Source: Geopsychrobacteraceae bacterium | Lineage (GTDB): Bacteria; Desulfobacterota; Desulfuromonadia; Desulfuromonadales; Geopsychrobacteraceae | Assembly: GCA_963676795.2 (NCBI GenBank) | Contig: CAXXTB010000001.1 | Coordinates: 704,001 to 768,000, forward strand | DNA: 64,000 bases | Reading direction: 5' to 3' | Part shown: positions 48,360-58,149 of the stretch, one piece after another | Position numbering within the stretch: position 1 is the first letter of the stretch | Layout of the letters: each line of letters starts with the position of its first letter | The notes under the pieces: generated by a model | Told to the model about the DNA's origin: nothing | The model's input: the letters and a program-made list of their open reading frames with translations, nothing else | Database searches by the model: none | Program-made: the position numbers and the translations under genes

Positions 48360-49312
48360 AGATCGTTGTTCTGGATGGAGAAACCCTGAATCCCGGAGAT
48401 CTCGATTGGGGGCCTCTCAAACAGTTGGGAAGCTGCCTCATCTACCCGCGCACCACTGCCGCGGAGATTGTCGAACGGGCACAGGACGCGGAAGTCATCC
48501 TCACCAACAAGACACCGCTGACGGCGGAGACTATTGCGGCGCTGCCTGCTCTACGTTATATCGGTGTGCTGGCGACCGGGCATGATGTCGTCGACGGTGC
48601 CGCGGCGGCGGAACGAGGGGTCGTCGTGACCAATGCCGCGGGGTATGCAACAGCCTCCGTCGCCCAGCTGACCTTCGCCCTGCTCCTCGAACTGACCCAG
48701 CATGTCGGTCACCATGCGGCCCGGGTCCGTCAGGGGGGGTGGCATGAATCGCCCGATTTCAGTTTCCATGACATGCCGTTACTCGAGCTGGCCGGCAGGA
48801 CGATCGGGATTGTCGGTTACGGGCCGATCGGTCGACAGATCGCCAGAATCGCCAATGCCTTCGACATGAAGGTGCTGGTCAACACCCTGCACCCGGAAAA
48901 ATATCCCCAGGAGACCGGTGTCGAATTTATCGATATCGACCAGCTCTTTTCCGAGGCTGATGTGATCAGCCTCAATGTTCCGCTGACCGATAAGACCCGC
49001 CATCTGGTCAACACTGCCCGCCTGGCCAGGGTCAAGCAGGGAGCCCTGTTGATCAACACCGGGCGCGGTCAGCTGATCGATGAAGAAGCCGTCGCAGACG
49101 CGCTCGAGGATGAATACCTGGGCGGCTATGCGACCGACGTGCTGAGCATCGAACCGCCGCGCGAAGAGGGACCGCTGTTCAGCGCACCCAACTGTCTTAT
49201 CACCCCGCACCTGGCCTGGGCGACCACGGCGGCTCGCCAACGTCTGCTCGATATCACCGCCGACAATATCGCAGCCTTCCTGCGCGGAGAGCCGAAGAAC
49301 CGGGTGAATTGA
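48356..49312 (+). CDS. D-2-hydroxyacid dehydrogenase (glycerate dehydrogenase-like)
   Basis: LNPGDL, GIVGYGPIG, INTGRG and ITPHLAW motifs. Confidence 0.92.
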   Translation: MKIVVLDGETLNPGDLDWGPLKQLGSCLIYPRTTAAEIVERAQDAEVILTNKTPLTAETIAALPALRYIGVLATGHDVVDGAAAAERGVVVTNAAGYATASVAQLTFALLLELTQHVGHHAARVRQGGWHESPDFSFHDMPLLELAGRTIGIVGYGPIGRQIARIANAFDMKVLVNTLHPEKYPQETGVEFIDIDQLFSEADVISLNVPLTDKTRHLVNTARLARVKQGALLINTGRGQLIDEEAVADALEDEYLGGYATDVLSIEPPREEGPLFSAPNCLITPHLAWATTAARQRLLDITADNIAAFLRGEPKNRVN

Positions 49313-50022
49313 AGATGGACTGGGACCGGTTGTTCGGACAATTGAAAGACCGTCTGGCAGATTACGATCAGCTGCTTGGCCGTTGCGTCGAGAAAGACAA
49401 GGCCCGGGGCGTGGTGATCCACTGCCGGAAAGGTTGCGCTAACTGCTGTACGCTGGCGGTCAATTGCAGTTATGTCGAGGCAGCCTATGTAGCGCAATCC
49501 CTGGCACCTGGGCAGGTAGTCAGGCTGGAGCACAAGGTAGCGGATCTGCTGCGTATCAGCTCAGAAGCTCAGGATCTGAAGACGTTTCTCAAACTGTACC
49601 GTCAACAGCTTGGAAGCTGTCCGTTTCTTGATGCTGAAGAGGCCTGCTCTGCCTATGGGTACCGTCCATTTTCCTGCCGTTCTCTGCTCTCAAGCCGCCC
49701 TGAAGCCTGGTGCGGTGTCGATTTTTCAGCCCTGCATCCGCTGGAAAGGGAAGCTTTCCTGAGCAGCCTCGATGCTGAAATCGTCAATTTCCCGACCCAC
49801 TATCTGGCCAAGCCACAGGAGCTTGCTGCTGAGTACGAAGCGGCGATCGCTGCTGAACTGAGCGATGCTGCTGATGTCCACCTCAGTGGAAACTTCCTGT
49901 ATCAGGTCTGGCTTGAGCGTACCCATGGTCTTTCCGCGCTGCTTGCGTCAGGCCGTGACGTTCTGCGCTCTTACCTTCAGGACCATGCCCTCGAACGCCC
50001 CTTTCTGCTCCACTTCCGCTAG
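49309..50022 (+). CDS. YkgJ-family cysteine-cluster protein
   Basis: CRKGCANCC...CPFL...CSAYGYRPFSCR. Confidence 0.85.
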   Translation: MKMDWDRLFGQLKDRLADYDQLLGRCVEKDKARGVVIHCRKGCANCCTLAVNCSYVEAAYVAQSLAPGQVVRLEHKVADLLRISSEAQDLKTFLKLYRQQLGSCPFLDAEEACSAYGYRPFSCRSLLSSRPEAWCGVDFSALHPLEREAFLSSLDAEIVNFPTHYLAKPQELAAEYEAAIAAELSDAADVHLSGNFLYQVWLERTHGLSALLASGRDVLRSYLQDHALERPFLLHFR

Positions 50023-50114
50023 TGTTCCTTCGCGCCAGCTGATTTTTCAGCCTGGCTTTGGCCGCCATTTTTTTTGGGGGGCGCATTTTGCTGGCCGGCA
50101 GTGCTGAATAGCAT

Positions 50115-50972
50115 CTATAAGGAGCGATATTGCAGCGCCTGCAATCTGGCGATCCGTTCTTCGGTCGGTGGATGGGTCGAAAACAGTTTGAGCAACGAGC
50201 CAGCGGTCAGCGGGTTGACGATGAACATGTGTGAGGTTGCCGGAGTCGCATTTTCCATTGGAGCTCTTTGGCTGCCCTGCTGCAGTTTGTACAGAGCATT
50301 GGCCAGGGCCAGCGGCTTGCCACAGATCCGCGCCCCTTCAGCATCGGCGAGGAACTCGCGCGAGCGGGACACCGCCATCTGGATCAGCATGGCCGCGATC
50401 GGGGCGATGATCGCCAGAGCCAGGCCGCCAAGCAGGCCACCTGCGCCTTCGTCCTCTTCGCTGCGGCCGCCACCGAAGATGGCCGCCCACTGGAGCATGT
50501 GGCCAAGCATCGAGATTGCTCCGGCGATCGTTGCGGCAACGGTCGAGATCAGGGTATCCCGATTCTTGACGTGGGCCAGCTCATGGGCCATAACCCCTTC
50601 CAGTTCATCGCGGGTCAGGATGCGCATGATCCCTTCAGTTGCGGCGACTGCCGCATGCTCGGGATTGCGGCCGGTGGCAAAGGCGTTGGGCGAATCGCCC
50701 GGGATGATGTAGACCTTTGGCATCGGCAGTTCGGCCTTGACGGCCAGTTGGCGGACCAGGGCATAAAATTCCGGGCTTTCGTTTTCCGAAACCTCTTTGG
50801 CCCGGTACATCTTGAGGACGATCTTGTCCGAATACCAGTAGGAGAAGAAGTTCATCGCTCCGGCAATGACGAAAGCGATGACGACTCCCCCCTGGCCGCC
50901 GATAGCGCCACCCATGGCTATTAAGAGCAGGGTGAGACAGGTTAACAGGAATGTTGTCTTGATGCGGTTCAT
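50115..50972 (-). CDS. htpX: Zinc metalloprotease HtpX
   Basis: [24 protein letters not shown] and FSTHPP motifs. Confidence 0.96.
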   Translation of the reverse strand: MNRIKTTFLLTCLTLLLIAMGGAIGGQGGVVIAFVIAGAMNFFSYWYSDKIVLKMYRAKEVSENESPEFYALVRQLAVKAELPMPKVYIIPGDSPNAFATGRNPEHAAVAATEGIMRILTRDELEGVMAHELAHVKNRDTLISTVAATIAGAISMLGHMLQWAAIFGGGRSEEDEGAGGLLGGLALAIIAPIAAMLIQMAVSRSREFLADAEGARICGKPLALANALYKLQQGSQRAPMENATPATSHMFIVNPLTAGSLLKLFSTHPPTEERIARLQALQYRSL

Positions 50973-51007
50973 CTTTTTACCTCCAGGTTATCTGCTGCAG
51001 GTAAAAG

Positions 51008-51056
51008 AAAAAAACCTTTACCCACAGCATGGTTTAAGCACGCTTTGGATAAAGGT
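51008..51056 (-). terminator. Riboswitch expression-platform terminator upstream of htpX
   Basis: Minus strand ACCTTTATCCAAAGCGTG-CTTAAAC-CATGCTGTGGGTAAAGGT-TTTTTT; the 5' arm overlaps the aptamer P1 strand. Confidence 0.8.
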
Positions 51057-51163
51057 CTCGCTGATTTCGACGTGTGAGTCGTAAATCCCGTCTCCGAGTG
51101 GCGTCAAGCCACTGTACTGACGAAGAACGGGCCGGCTTTTCTGCCGGTAGCTACTCCCCTTTT
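51051..51163 (-). ncRNA. yybP-ykoY (Mn2+) riboswitch
   Basis: Minus strand AAAGG-GGAGTAGC...CCGGC/GCCGG (P2)...CGTCAGTAC (L3)...AGTGGC/GCCACT...CGAC/GTCG (P4)...GCGAGA-CCTTT, matching the four-way-junction consensus. Confidence 0.85.
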
Positions 51164-51169
51164 TTTGTT

Positions 51170-51199
51170 ATTTTATTCAGGAGTTCATTCTGTTGTCAA
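51170..51199 (-). promoter_or_regulatory. sigma70 promoter for riboswitch-htpX
   Basis: Minus strand TTGACA-18 nt-TAAAAT ending just upstream of the aptamer. Confidence 0.65.
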
Positions 51200-52392
51200 G
51201 AGGGTGAGGGCTGTAGCGGTGGAGACTGTTGCAGGGTGATAACCCGATTTCTGCCCTGGTCTTTCGCCGTATAGAGGGCCTTGTCGGCACGGCTGAGAAC
51301 GGCAGCCCATTGGTCATCTTCCGGCAGATAGTTCGAAACGCCAAAGCTGGCGGTGAATGTCAGGCTTGAATTGATCGCCGCGAGCAGATCTGTCTCCTCG
51401 GTTGTTTGCCTGAGATGTTCAGCAACAATCGTCCCATTATGCAGATTTGTGTCCGGCAGCAGAATAATAAACTCTTCTCCTCCGTAACGTGCGACGATAT
51501 CCTGTTTGCGCAGGTTCATTTTGAGGGTTTTGGCAAATATCTTGAGAACCTTGTCTCCTGTCTGATGGCCATATTGGTCGTTGATCCGTTTGAAGTAGTC
51601 CAGGTCACAGATGATGATGGAAAAAGTTGAGCCGCTTCGACTCGTTCGGCTGAATTCAACATCACAGTATTGCTCGAAGGTTCTTCTATTGTAGAGCTGT
51701 GTCAGCGGATCTGTCTGAGCGATTTTTTCCAGCGAATTCTGCAGTCTGTCAGTTGCCAGCCAGATTGTCGCAAATGAGGTGAGGACGACAAGCGCCTCTG
51801 TGCCGATGACGCTCAGCGAACTGATTATATCCGCCTTCATGAAATCCAGCAGCTGCTCCTGATAACAGGTCCAGATCACCCGGAAGACATGAAAAGAGCC
51901 GACGACGAAGAACATCAGGGTCAAAAGCCGTATGGCTGTGCGGCCATGCTCTTCAGCGTATTTTCGCAGGCCCAGAACGGCGATATAGCAGAGAGTGGCA
52001 AAGAGGAACGAGACGTAGACGATACGCAGGTTGAGATTTGGAGTGATAAATCCGTGGTAGTAGAGCAGCCAGGCGAGCAGTGCCGCTAAGGCGGGACTTA
52101 GATAGCGCTCAAACCTCAATTTCAGAGCAAGAAAACGAAACAGCCCTCTGTAGAGCAGGATGAGACCGATATAGGCGACCGTATTGGCAATGACGATCGA
52201 GGTGAAATCGTTGATCAGGTGGCGTAAGCCGAGCAGAACATAGCCGCAGCCAAGACACAGGTGACCGTAGCCGATGAGGTTGATTCCTGCAAACGACTTA
52301 TGTTTGCGCGCATAAATCAGCATCCCTATGCCGAAAACAATACTGAAAACGACCAGGTTGATAGCTAATGTGCGGAAATCGAGTTGCGCCAT
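51196..52392 (-). CDS. Membrane-bound diguanylate cyclase
   Basis: About 7 N-terminal TMs; DPLT; RKQD I-site; GGEEF. Confidence 0.92.
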   Translation of the reverse strand: MAQLDFRTLAINLVVFSIVFGIGMLIYARKHKSFAGINLIGYGHLCLGCGYVLLGLRHLINDFTSIVIANTVAYIGLILLYRGLFRFLALKLRFERYLSPALAALLAWLLYYHGFITPNLNLRIVYVSFLFATLCYIAVLGLRKYAEEHGRTAIRLLTLMFFVVGSFHVFRVIWTCYQEQLLDFMKADIISSLSVIGTEALVVLTSFATIWLATDRLQNSLEKIAQTDPLTQLYNRRTFEQYCDVEFSRTSRSGSTFSIIICDLDYFKRINDQYGHQTGDKVLKIFAKTLKMNLRKQDIVARYGGEEFIILLPDTNLHNGTIVAEHLRQTTEETDLLAAINSSLTFTASFGVSNYLPEDDQWAAVLSRADKALYTAKDQGRNRVITLQQSPPLQPSPS

Positions 52393-52625
52393 CGTTGCGA
52401 TCCTCGGGGTGTTTTCTTTATATAGAATAATTGGTGTTATTTAATATAACGTTGTTTTTATGGTGCTACAAGAAATAACTTTTAAGGATAGAAATTTTTT
52501 GGGAGTGGGTTGTTGTATCAGAACATATATTTAAAAGCCTGACCCTTCCTAGTAGTTTATAATGCTGAGAATAACGAGATGATCACTTGGTGGCAAAGGG
52601 TGGAATTGAGATTCCGCCTGTTTTA

Positions 52626-54626
52626 TCAGTGGTAGAAGGATGTCTGCTTCCTGTTATGAATATCCCAGAAATGAAAGTTGTCGTTCAGCAGGTTCAGGGT
52701 TGTCCGCAGCGCGGTTTTCAGCTCCTCTTGCAGCTGTTGTCGGCTGAAGCTGTCGCTGGTGGAGCCGCTGTCTTCATCAAGCTGAAAGTTGGTTAACTCC
52801 AGTTGACTGAGAACATGCGCTGAGGAAAACCCGTACTTTTTCAGGTTGGCCAGGGCGGAGTGCAGATCATGCTGCAGGGCTTTGAGGTCATTGAACTGCA
52901 TCAATTGACGCAGTTGGCGGAAGCAGATGACGACTGACAAGAGCTTCAGCTCGTTGTCGACAAAGCGTTGCGGATTATCAACATACTGGCGAGCCAATAT
53001 GATCGCCCGCATCGTCTTGTGCTTGAGGCGGGCCTCGATCCTGTCAAGCTCGTGTGCATGCTGCATCGAGGAGAGCTGGCAGACATCGTTGAAGATTGAA
53101 TCCTGCAGGACCTGCAGACGCCGTTTGGGATTGAGCGGATAGATCCACTGGTAAGCGAGTAGCGAGATGGTAATGCCGGCCAACATGGCAACGGCCCCCA
53201 GAATAATGTCCTGAGAGGACATCTCGATGCCTGAGCCCGGCTGCAGGATCAGCAGGAATATGTAGGTGGCATCGATAGCCGGGGATGAAATTCTCTGCTG
53301 GGTTATGGCAAAGGTGCCAAAGAACAGGTAAAGGGCGAGGATGGCTATTTCTAACAGCGCCTGGTTACCGTTAGCCAGCAGGGTCAGCTTGAGCAGAACG
53401 GCAATGACGCCACCGATCGGTGCACCAATCAGGACATGTTGCAACTTTACAGAGGGGGTGACCATGGTGGTGAACAGGGTCAGCATGATCGCTTCCGCCA
53501 TGATCATCAGCGGCATCAGTTCCCAGCGAGTCAGCGACCAGGCAACCCCGGTGAGGATGACGCAGGCCATGACCCGGATGCCGCTGCGGATACCGCTTGA
53601 GAGGTCGCGATGGCGGAGAAACAGCCTGAAGTGGTTATCGGGTCTTTTGCCCTGCAGGATTCTGGTGCAGATCAGGATCTCTCTCAGCAGCAACTGGAGA
53701 TCGTTGAGGGATTGAGAACAGGCAGACTTCTGCTTCAGCTGGGTAAACAGAGCCTCAAGCTCTGAGAGGCAGGATACCCTGCTGTTCTGTTCCAACAGCT
53801 CAGCAATCTTGAACAGTTTTTTGGATATTTCCTGGTGCAGCTCTGACTGGTGCCGGTTTTCTGCTAGCGGTTTCTGCAGGTTGATCAGTTGACCGGTGCC
53901 AAGTAACGACATCAGCAGTGACAACAACTGTTTCAGATTGAGATGTTGGCTGGTGAAAAACATGCCGGCGGTAGCAGCGTCGTATTCCCCTTCCAGGGCC
54001 GAAAGCTGCGCCAGGATGCTTGATTCTTGCTGGTGTGCTTCTGTTGCTTTGTCTGTGACAAACTGGGTGGCCAGCCATCTGATCGAATCTGCTGACAGAG
54101 CCGTTAAGCGCTGACTCAGCTGGGTGGTTGAGTTTTTCTGGGTAAAGATCCCGGTCACCAGGGTGGCGACAATTACGCCGACCAGGGTGCAGGCAATACG
54201 GCCGAAGACAACGGTTGATGTCGCGTGCATCAGGTGGCCGGTCATGACCACGACGGCACAGGTCATCCCGGTGACCATGAACCCGTAGGAGCGCAGACCA
54301 TAAAACAGGTTGCCAACAATGACATTGAGGCCGAGGAACAGGGCGAGAGCGATACTGGTCAGCATGATCGAATCGCAGCCGTAAAGGATAGCCAGTCCAG
54401 TCAGGGCGCCGAAACATGTGCTGAAAATGCGGATCAGGCTTTTTTCCAGCAATAATCCCCGGGTTGGCTGGATGACAACCAGTGCTGTCAGAGCTCCCCA
54501 ATAGGGATTTTCAAAACCGCACAGTTTGCAGATAACCAGGGCGAGTATGGCGGCAAATGTTGAACGGAAGGCCAGCAGCAGCTGACTCTTTTGACTTTTA
54601 ATCCAGGTGAAAAATGATTCAGGCAT
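52626..54626 (-). CDS. FUSC/AaeB-family aromatic acid exporter subunit
   Basis: NPYWGALTALVVIQPTRG..LEKS..RIFST; two TM blocks separated by helical regions. Confidence 0.82.
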   Translation of the reverse strand: MPESFFTWIKSQKSQLLLAFRSTFAAILALVICKLCGFENPYWGALTALVVIQPTRGLLLEKSLIRIFSTCFGALTGLAILYGCDSIMLTSIALALFLGLNVIVGNLFYGLRSYGFMVTGMTCAVVVMTGHLMHATSTVVFGRIACTLVGVIVATLVTGIFTQKNSTTQLSQRLTALSADSIRWLATQFVTDKATEAHQQESSILAQLSALEGEYDAATAGMFFTSQHLNLKQLLSLLMSLLGTGQLINLQKPLAENRHQSELHQEISKKLFKIAELLEQNSRVSCLSELEALFTQLKQKSACSQSLNDLQLLLREILICTRILQGKRPDNHFRLFLRHRDLSSGIRSGIRVMACVILTGVAWSLTRWELMPLMIMAEAIMLTLFTTMVTPSVKLQHVLIGAPIGGVIAVLLKLTLLANGNQALLEIAILALYLFFGTFAITQQRISSPAIDATYIFLLILQPGSGIEMSSQDIILGAVAMLAGITISLLAYQWIYPLNPKRRLQVLQDSIFNDVCQLSSMQHAHELDRIEARLKHKTMRAIILARQYVDNPQRFVDNELKLLSVVICFRQLRQLMQFNDLKALQHDLHSALANLKKYGFSSAHVLSQLELTNFQLDEDSGSTSDSFSRQQLQEELKTALRTTLNLLNDNFHFWDIHNRKQTSFYH

Positions 54627-54668
54627 AGGTGACTCAAATAGGCGGTAAGCACTCGGGCAGCTAAGAGA

Positions 54669-55118
54669 TTAAAGAGTTTTTTCGTCGTATCTGTTCATGT
54701 TGTTTTCAAGTTTTTGCAGGAGAGCGATGATGGCTTGCTCTTCGCTTGCGTTCATGTCTCCCAGAACCTGGCGATTTAGATCCTGAATCGCCTGATGGAC
54801 CTGGCGGGCCAGTTGCTCTCCGGCTGTAGTCAAGTACAATTTCCTGGCCCGGCGATCCGACTCGTCTTCATGGCGTTCGACCAGCCCTTTGGTAATGAGG
54901 CTGTCGAGCAGGCGGACAAGTGAAGGGCCGCTGATCCCTACTGATTCAGCAAGGATCTTCTGGTTGATGCCGTTGCCCAAAAGCAGGAGATGGATCAGAG
55001 GTCTCCAGGTTGCATCGGTGAGACCGGAGGAGAGAATCTTCTGGTCGAGAAACTGACGCCAGCGTCTGGTGGTCAGCAGCAAACGAAAGAGCAGGTCTGG
55101 TTCATGTGAATTTGTCAT
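54669..55118 (-). CDS. MarR/SlyA-family regulator
   Basis: RRWR..LD, GLTDATW and SLVRLLDSL...DRRARKLYLT motifs. Confidence 0.9.
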   Translation of the reverse strand: MTNSHEPDLLFRLLLTTRRWRQFLDQKILSSGLTDATWRPLIHLLLLGNGINQKILAESVGISGPSLVRLLDSLITKGLVERHEDESDRRARKLYLTTAGEQLARQVHQAIQDLNRQVLGDMNASEEQAIIALLQKLENNMNRYDEKTL

Positions 55119-55129
55119 AGGTATATAAG

Positions 55130-55139
55130 TAGCATGCTA
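55130..55139. promoter_or_regulatory. SlyA-like operator palindrome
   Basis: TAGCATGCTA just upstream of the MarR start, resembling the SlyA box TTAGCAAGCTAA. Confidence 0.5.
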
Positions 55140-55228
55140 TCTATTAGTGTACAAATAGTTTTTGAAGTGTTGAAAAGAGGTGTCGATATCGCTATCTGCA
55201 CCTCCGGTTGTAGAATGCTTTATTGAGA

Positions 55229-56065
55229 TCAGGCCGCATCTATGCGGGACGGAGAATCGATCCAGTTATCTTTCTCTTCAGCGTAAATCTGCGGAAGAAT
55301 AACTCCCAGATTGGTATATTCCTTAATGTTATGTGCTAGCAGTGCAGTCCCTACCTCAACGGGAATCTTGATTCCGTCCGGCACCAGTTTGACCGGCTTG
55401 CCGTCGATGATGTGCCAGCCGAACCAGAAACGGGAGCGCAGTTCCGAGCCACCTTCAACCGGGCGCAGGAAGTGGGTCATGACCGCCGGAGCGTCGGGGC
55501 GATGTTCATTGCCGTAGGTTATGCCGTTGGCGCAGATCAGCGAGCTGCAGGCTTCGGTTCCGATCTGGCTTTCATCGTAGCCCATAGCCGCGGGGCGTTT
55601 GAAGCTGATGCGGATCAGGTCGCTGCCGGCTCCGATATCTTCCCAGACATAGTGGACAGCGTCCCAGTTGCGTTCGCGGACCGGGATGCTGGTGTCGAGA
55701 GCCTTGGCAGGGTCTTCCAGCTTGGAGTCGTAATGATCTTCCGGGTTCCAGATGGCGTAGCGCAGGCGATCGATCGGGTGCCAGGTGAACCACCAGTCAA
55801 ACATTTCACCGGTGACGCCCGGGAAGAAGCTGTGGTTGGCAACGACGACAGTTCCATCCTCGAGTTGCCAGACACCGGCTTCTTCCGCAAGGTAGCCTGG
55901 CTTGAACAGATCGTTGCGATCTTCAATACGCAGGGCCGAAGAGTTGTCAAGCGGGCCTCTGTTGATTCTTTCTTCGCTGCCTGGCGGTACAGGCGCAAGG
56001 TCATTCAGATAGTATTTGAAGTAGCTTTTCTGTCTATCCTGGTTGGATACGGGGACCTTCGACAT
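55229..56065 (-). CDS. PhlG/phloretin hydrolase-family C-C hydrolase
   Basis: GEMFDWWFTWH, RYAIWNPEDH, HYVWEDIG, ELRSRFWFG and HNIKEYTNL...LPQIYAE, including the His/Glu Zn-ligand pattern. Confidence 0.8.
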   Translation of the reverse strand: MSKVPVSNQDRQKSYFKYYLNDLAPVPPGSEERINRGPLDNSSALRIEDRNDLFKPGYLAEEAGVWQLEDGTVVVANHSFFPGVTGEMFDWWFTWHPIDRLRYAIWNPEDHYDSKLEDPAKALDTSIPVRERNWDAVHYVWEDIGAGSDLIRISFKRPAAMGYDESQIGTEACSSLICANGITYGNEHRPDAPAVMTHFLRPVEGGSELRSRFWFGWHIIDGKPVKLVPDGIKIPVEVGTALLAHNIKEYTNLGVILPQIYAEEKDNWIDSPSRIDAA

Positions 56066-56170
56066 CTTGATGCTGTCCTTTCTGTGATTGTTTCTCTTAC
56101 GGTTAGCGTGCTCTGAAATCGATTCTAGGATGTCGGAGGGAAAAAATGAAATTCAAATAGGTTATGGGAT

Positions 56171-56185
56171 ATTCCAGGAAGGAAT
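56171..56185. promoter_or_regulatory. Candidate LysR box upstream of the hydrolase
   Basis: ATTCC-N5-GGAAT palindrome containing T-N11-A. Confidence 0.45.
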
Positions 56186-56253
56186 CCTGGAATTGAAATG
56201 ATCATTCAGGTGGATAAAACCGGGATGCCGCGGGCCTTTCTGCTTTTGATGGG

Positions 56254-57168
56254 TTACATGTTTTCACTGTAGTAGTGTTTGAGATTGTCAACGAAACTGC
56301 GGATGAGAGGATTGTTGTCATGTCTCCGCCACACCGCGATCAGGCCGCTGGTTGTATCCGCCAACTCGTAACATTTGATCATCGGGTTGTCGATATGTCT
56401 CAGGAAGCGGTCACAGATAAGGATGTCTTCGTCCCGCAGGTCGATAATGGCTGAATTTGGGTGGTTGGTGTAGCGTGAGATCCTGGGTTCAAACCCGTGC
56501 GCAAGGCACAGGTCGCGAACGAGCCGGTAGTAGAAGGGGGCGGTCAGAGGCGACATCATCAGAAAATTCTGGTCTTTCAAATCCTCGACAGAGACCGTTT
56601 CTTTGCGGCACAGAGGGTGGGATTCCAGCATGCAGACCAGTTCGGGGCAGGAAACGACCTCCTCCCAGTCCAGATCGTCGGCCACGGAGTCCGCTTCGGT
56701 TTGCAGAGTGACGACCAGGTCGAGCCGGCCTTCGCCAAGGTGAGCGCGCCATTCACCAAAGGAGGTAGTGACGATGTTGAACGGCGCGGCATGCTGCTGA
56801 GCGAGTTGTTTGCCAACCAGAGACAGGGGGGCAAGGGCATTCCCCGAATCGAACCAGCCGATCGCCAAGCCGGAGTTTTTCTTTTTTCCCAGGTCCACGA
56901 CCGCTGACAGCGAACTCTGAATGTCTTCGCAGACCTTCGTCCATTTCTGGCGGAGAAAATCACCTTCCGGAGTCAGGGCAATAGGGCGCTTGTCCCTGTC
57001 GATAAGCCTTGCGCCGACCGCGTGCTCAAGGGAGGCGATCCGCTTGCTCAAGGCCGGCTGAGTGATGTTCATCTTCTCGGCCGCGCGTGAAAAATTCTGC
57101 TGTTCGGCGATCGTCAGAAAAAGCTGGATCTGGTAAAAGCTGATGTCAGGCAGGATGCGTTTCGTCAC
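56254..57168 (-). CDS. LysR-family regulator
   Basis: NFSRAAEKMNITQPALSKRIASLE HTH; 304 aa. Confidence 0.93.
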   Translation of the reverse strand: MTKRILPDISFYQIQLFLTIAEQQNFSRAAEKMNITQPALSKRIASLEHAVGARLIDRDKRPIALTPEGDFLRQKWTKVCEDIQSSLSAVVDLGKKKNSGLAIGWFDSGNALAPLSLVGKQLAQQHAAPFNIVTTSFGEWRAHLGEGRLDLVVTLQTEADSVADDLDWEEVVSCPELVCMLESHPLCRKETVSVEDLKDQNFLMMSPLTAPFYYRLVRDLCLAHGFEPRISRYTNHPNSAIIDLRDEDILICDRFLRHIDNPMIKCYELADTTSGLIAVWRRHDNNPLIRSFVDNLKHYYSENM

Positions 57169-57297
57169 TATAGGTATCTTTCCGGATGAAGTGCTCTCAA
57201 TGAACTGTTGACTTCTAGCACTTTTGCTTCATGAAATGAAGATCTATACGTCCTAACAGATATGAGCTGATCTGCCGCTCAGGAGCGGGTAGGGGAC

Positions 57298-57960
57298 TCA
57301 GCTGCTGATCTGTTCCGTCAGATACTGATAGAGACCCGTCAGGTCCTGGCTCCATAGCACATTCTGGTCGGCAAAGTAATTACCTCGGCCGTAGAACCGG
57401 CAGTTGTTATAACGTGCCGCGTCGAGGTCGGTTGAGGCATCGCCGACCATCAGCACCTGCGCCGGATCGAGATGGTTGGCAGTGAGGATCTGTTTGAGCA
57501 GCTCATGTTTTTCCGGTGGTGTGCCATGGATGCTTTTGAAATACTGGGTCAGGTTGTGTCGGGAAAGAACATATTCCAGTTCCTGCTGCGGAGTCCCGGA
57601 CGCCACAAACAGGGGGAGCCCGGGGAAGAGAAGATCAAGACATTGTTGTGCACCGGGGACCAGTGGAACAGAGAGAACCGTGTCGAGACAGAGGTCGGTG
57701 AAGCGTTGACAGAGACTGTCGAGCTTCTCGTCGCTCAGTGGTGCCTTGACGATTTCACGATAGAACCAGCGAAATTTACTGATCCTGCTGATGCCGCCGT
57801 TGGCCCGGTGATGAGCCATCAATTGCTCTGCCGCCAGCTCACCGAATTCATCGATGACGGTTTCCCCGAAGGCCCGGGTTTTGGCCGTGTCGCTTTCAAT
57901 CAGGACACCGTCGCAATCAAAGATGACTGCTGATAATGATATCTTCTGCATCGATAACAT
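57298..57960 (-). CDS. HAD-family phosphatase
   Basis: IFDCDGVL, VASGT and MVGDASTD motifs; start position uncertain. Confidence 0.88.
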   Translation of the reverse strand: MLSMQKISLSAVIFDCDGVLIESDTAKTRAFGETVIDEFGELAAEQLMAHHRANGGISRISKFRWFYREIVKAPLSDEKLDSLCQRFTDLCLDTVLSVPLVPGAQQCLDLLFPGLPLFVASGTPQQELEYVLSRHNLTQYFKSIHGTPPEKHELLKQILTANHLDPAQVLMVGDASTDLDAARYNNCRFYGRGNYFADQNVLWSQDLTGLYQYLTEQISS

Positions 57961-58092
57961 CCCGTGCACGCTATATTTTCTTCAGCGGTTTGAGGTAACC
58001 GGCCCTGAGTGACCAGGAACGCTTTACTGTATTGTAAGGATATCTGCACAGGAGTCAAAGGAGAGATGAGAATTTAACAGGATTGAAACAGA

Positions 58093-58126
58093 AACGGTGG
58101 AGAGACTTGATGTCTGCCTCCACCGT
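58093..58126 (-). terminator. Intrinsic terminator downstream of the YlbF-like gene
   Basis: AACGGTGGAG...CTCCACCGTT hairpin. Confidence 0.6.
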
Positions 58127-58149
58127 TAGTATACAGCAGGAAATGCTGC

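Noticed and set aside
52626..54626. Complete tripartite FUSC efflux pump
   Set aside because: No membrane-fusion or outer-membrane factor gene is adjacent; only the inner-membrane subunit is present.
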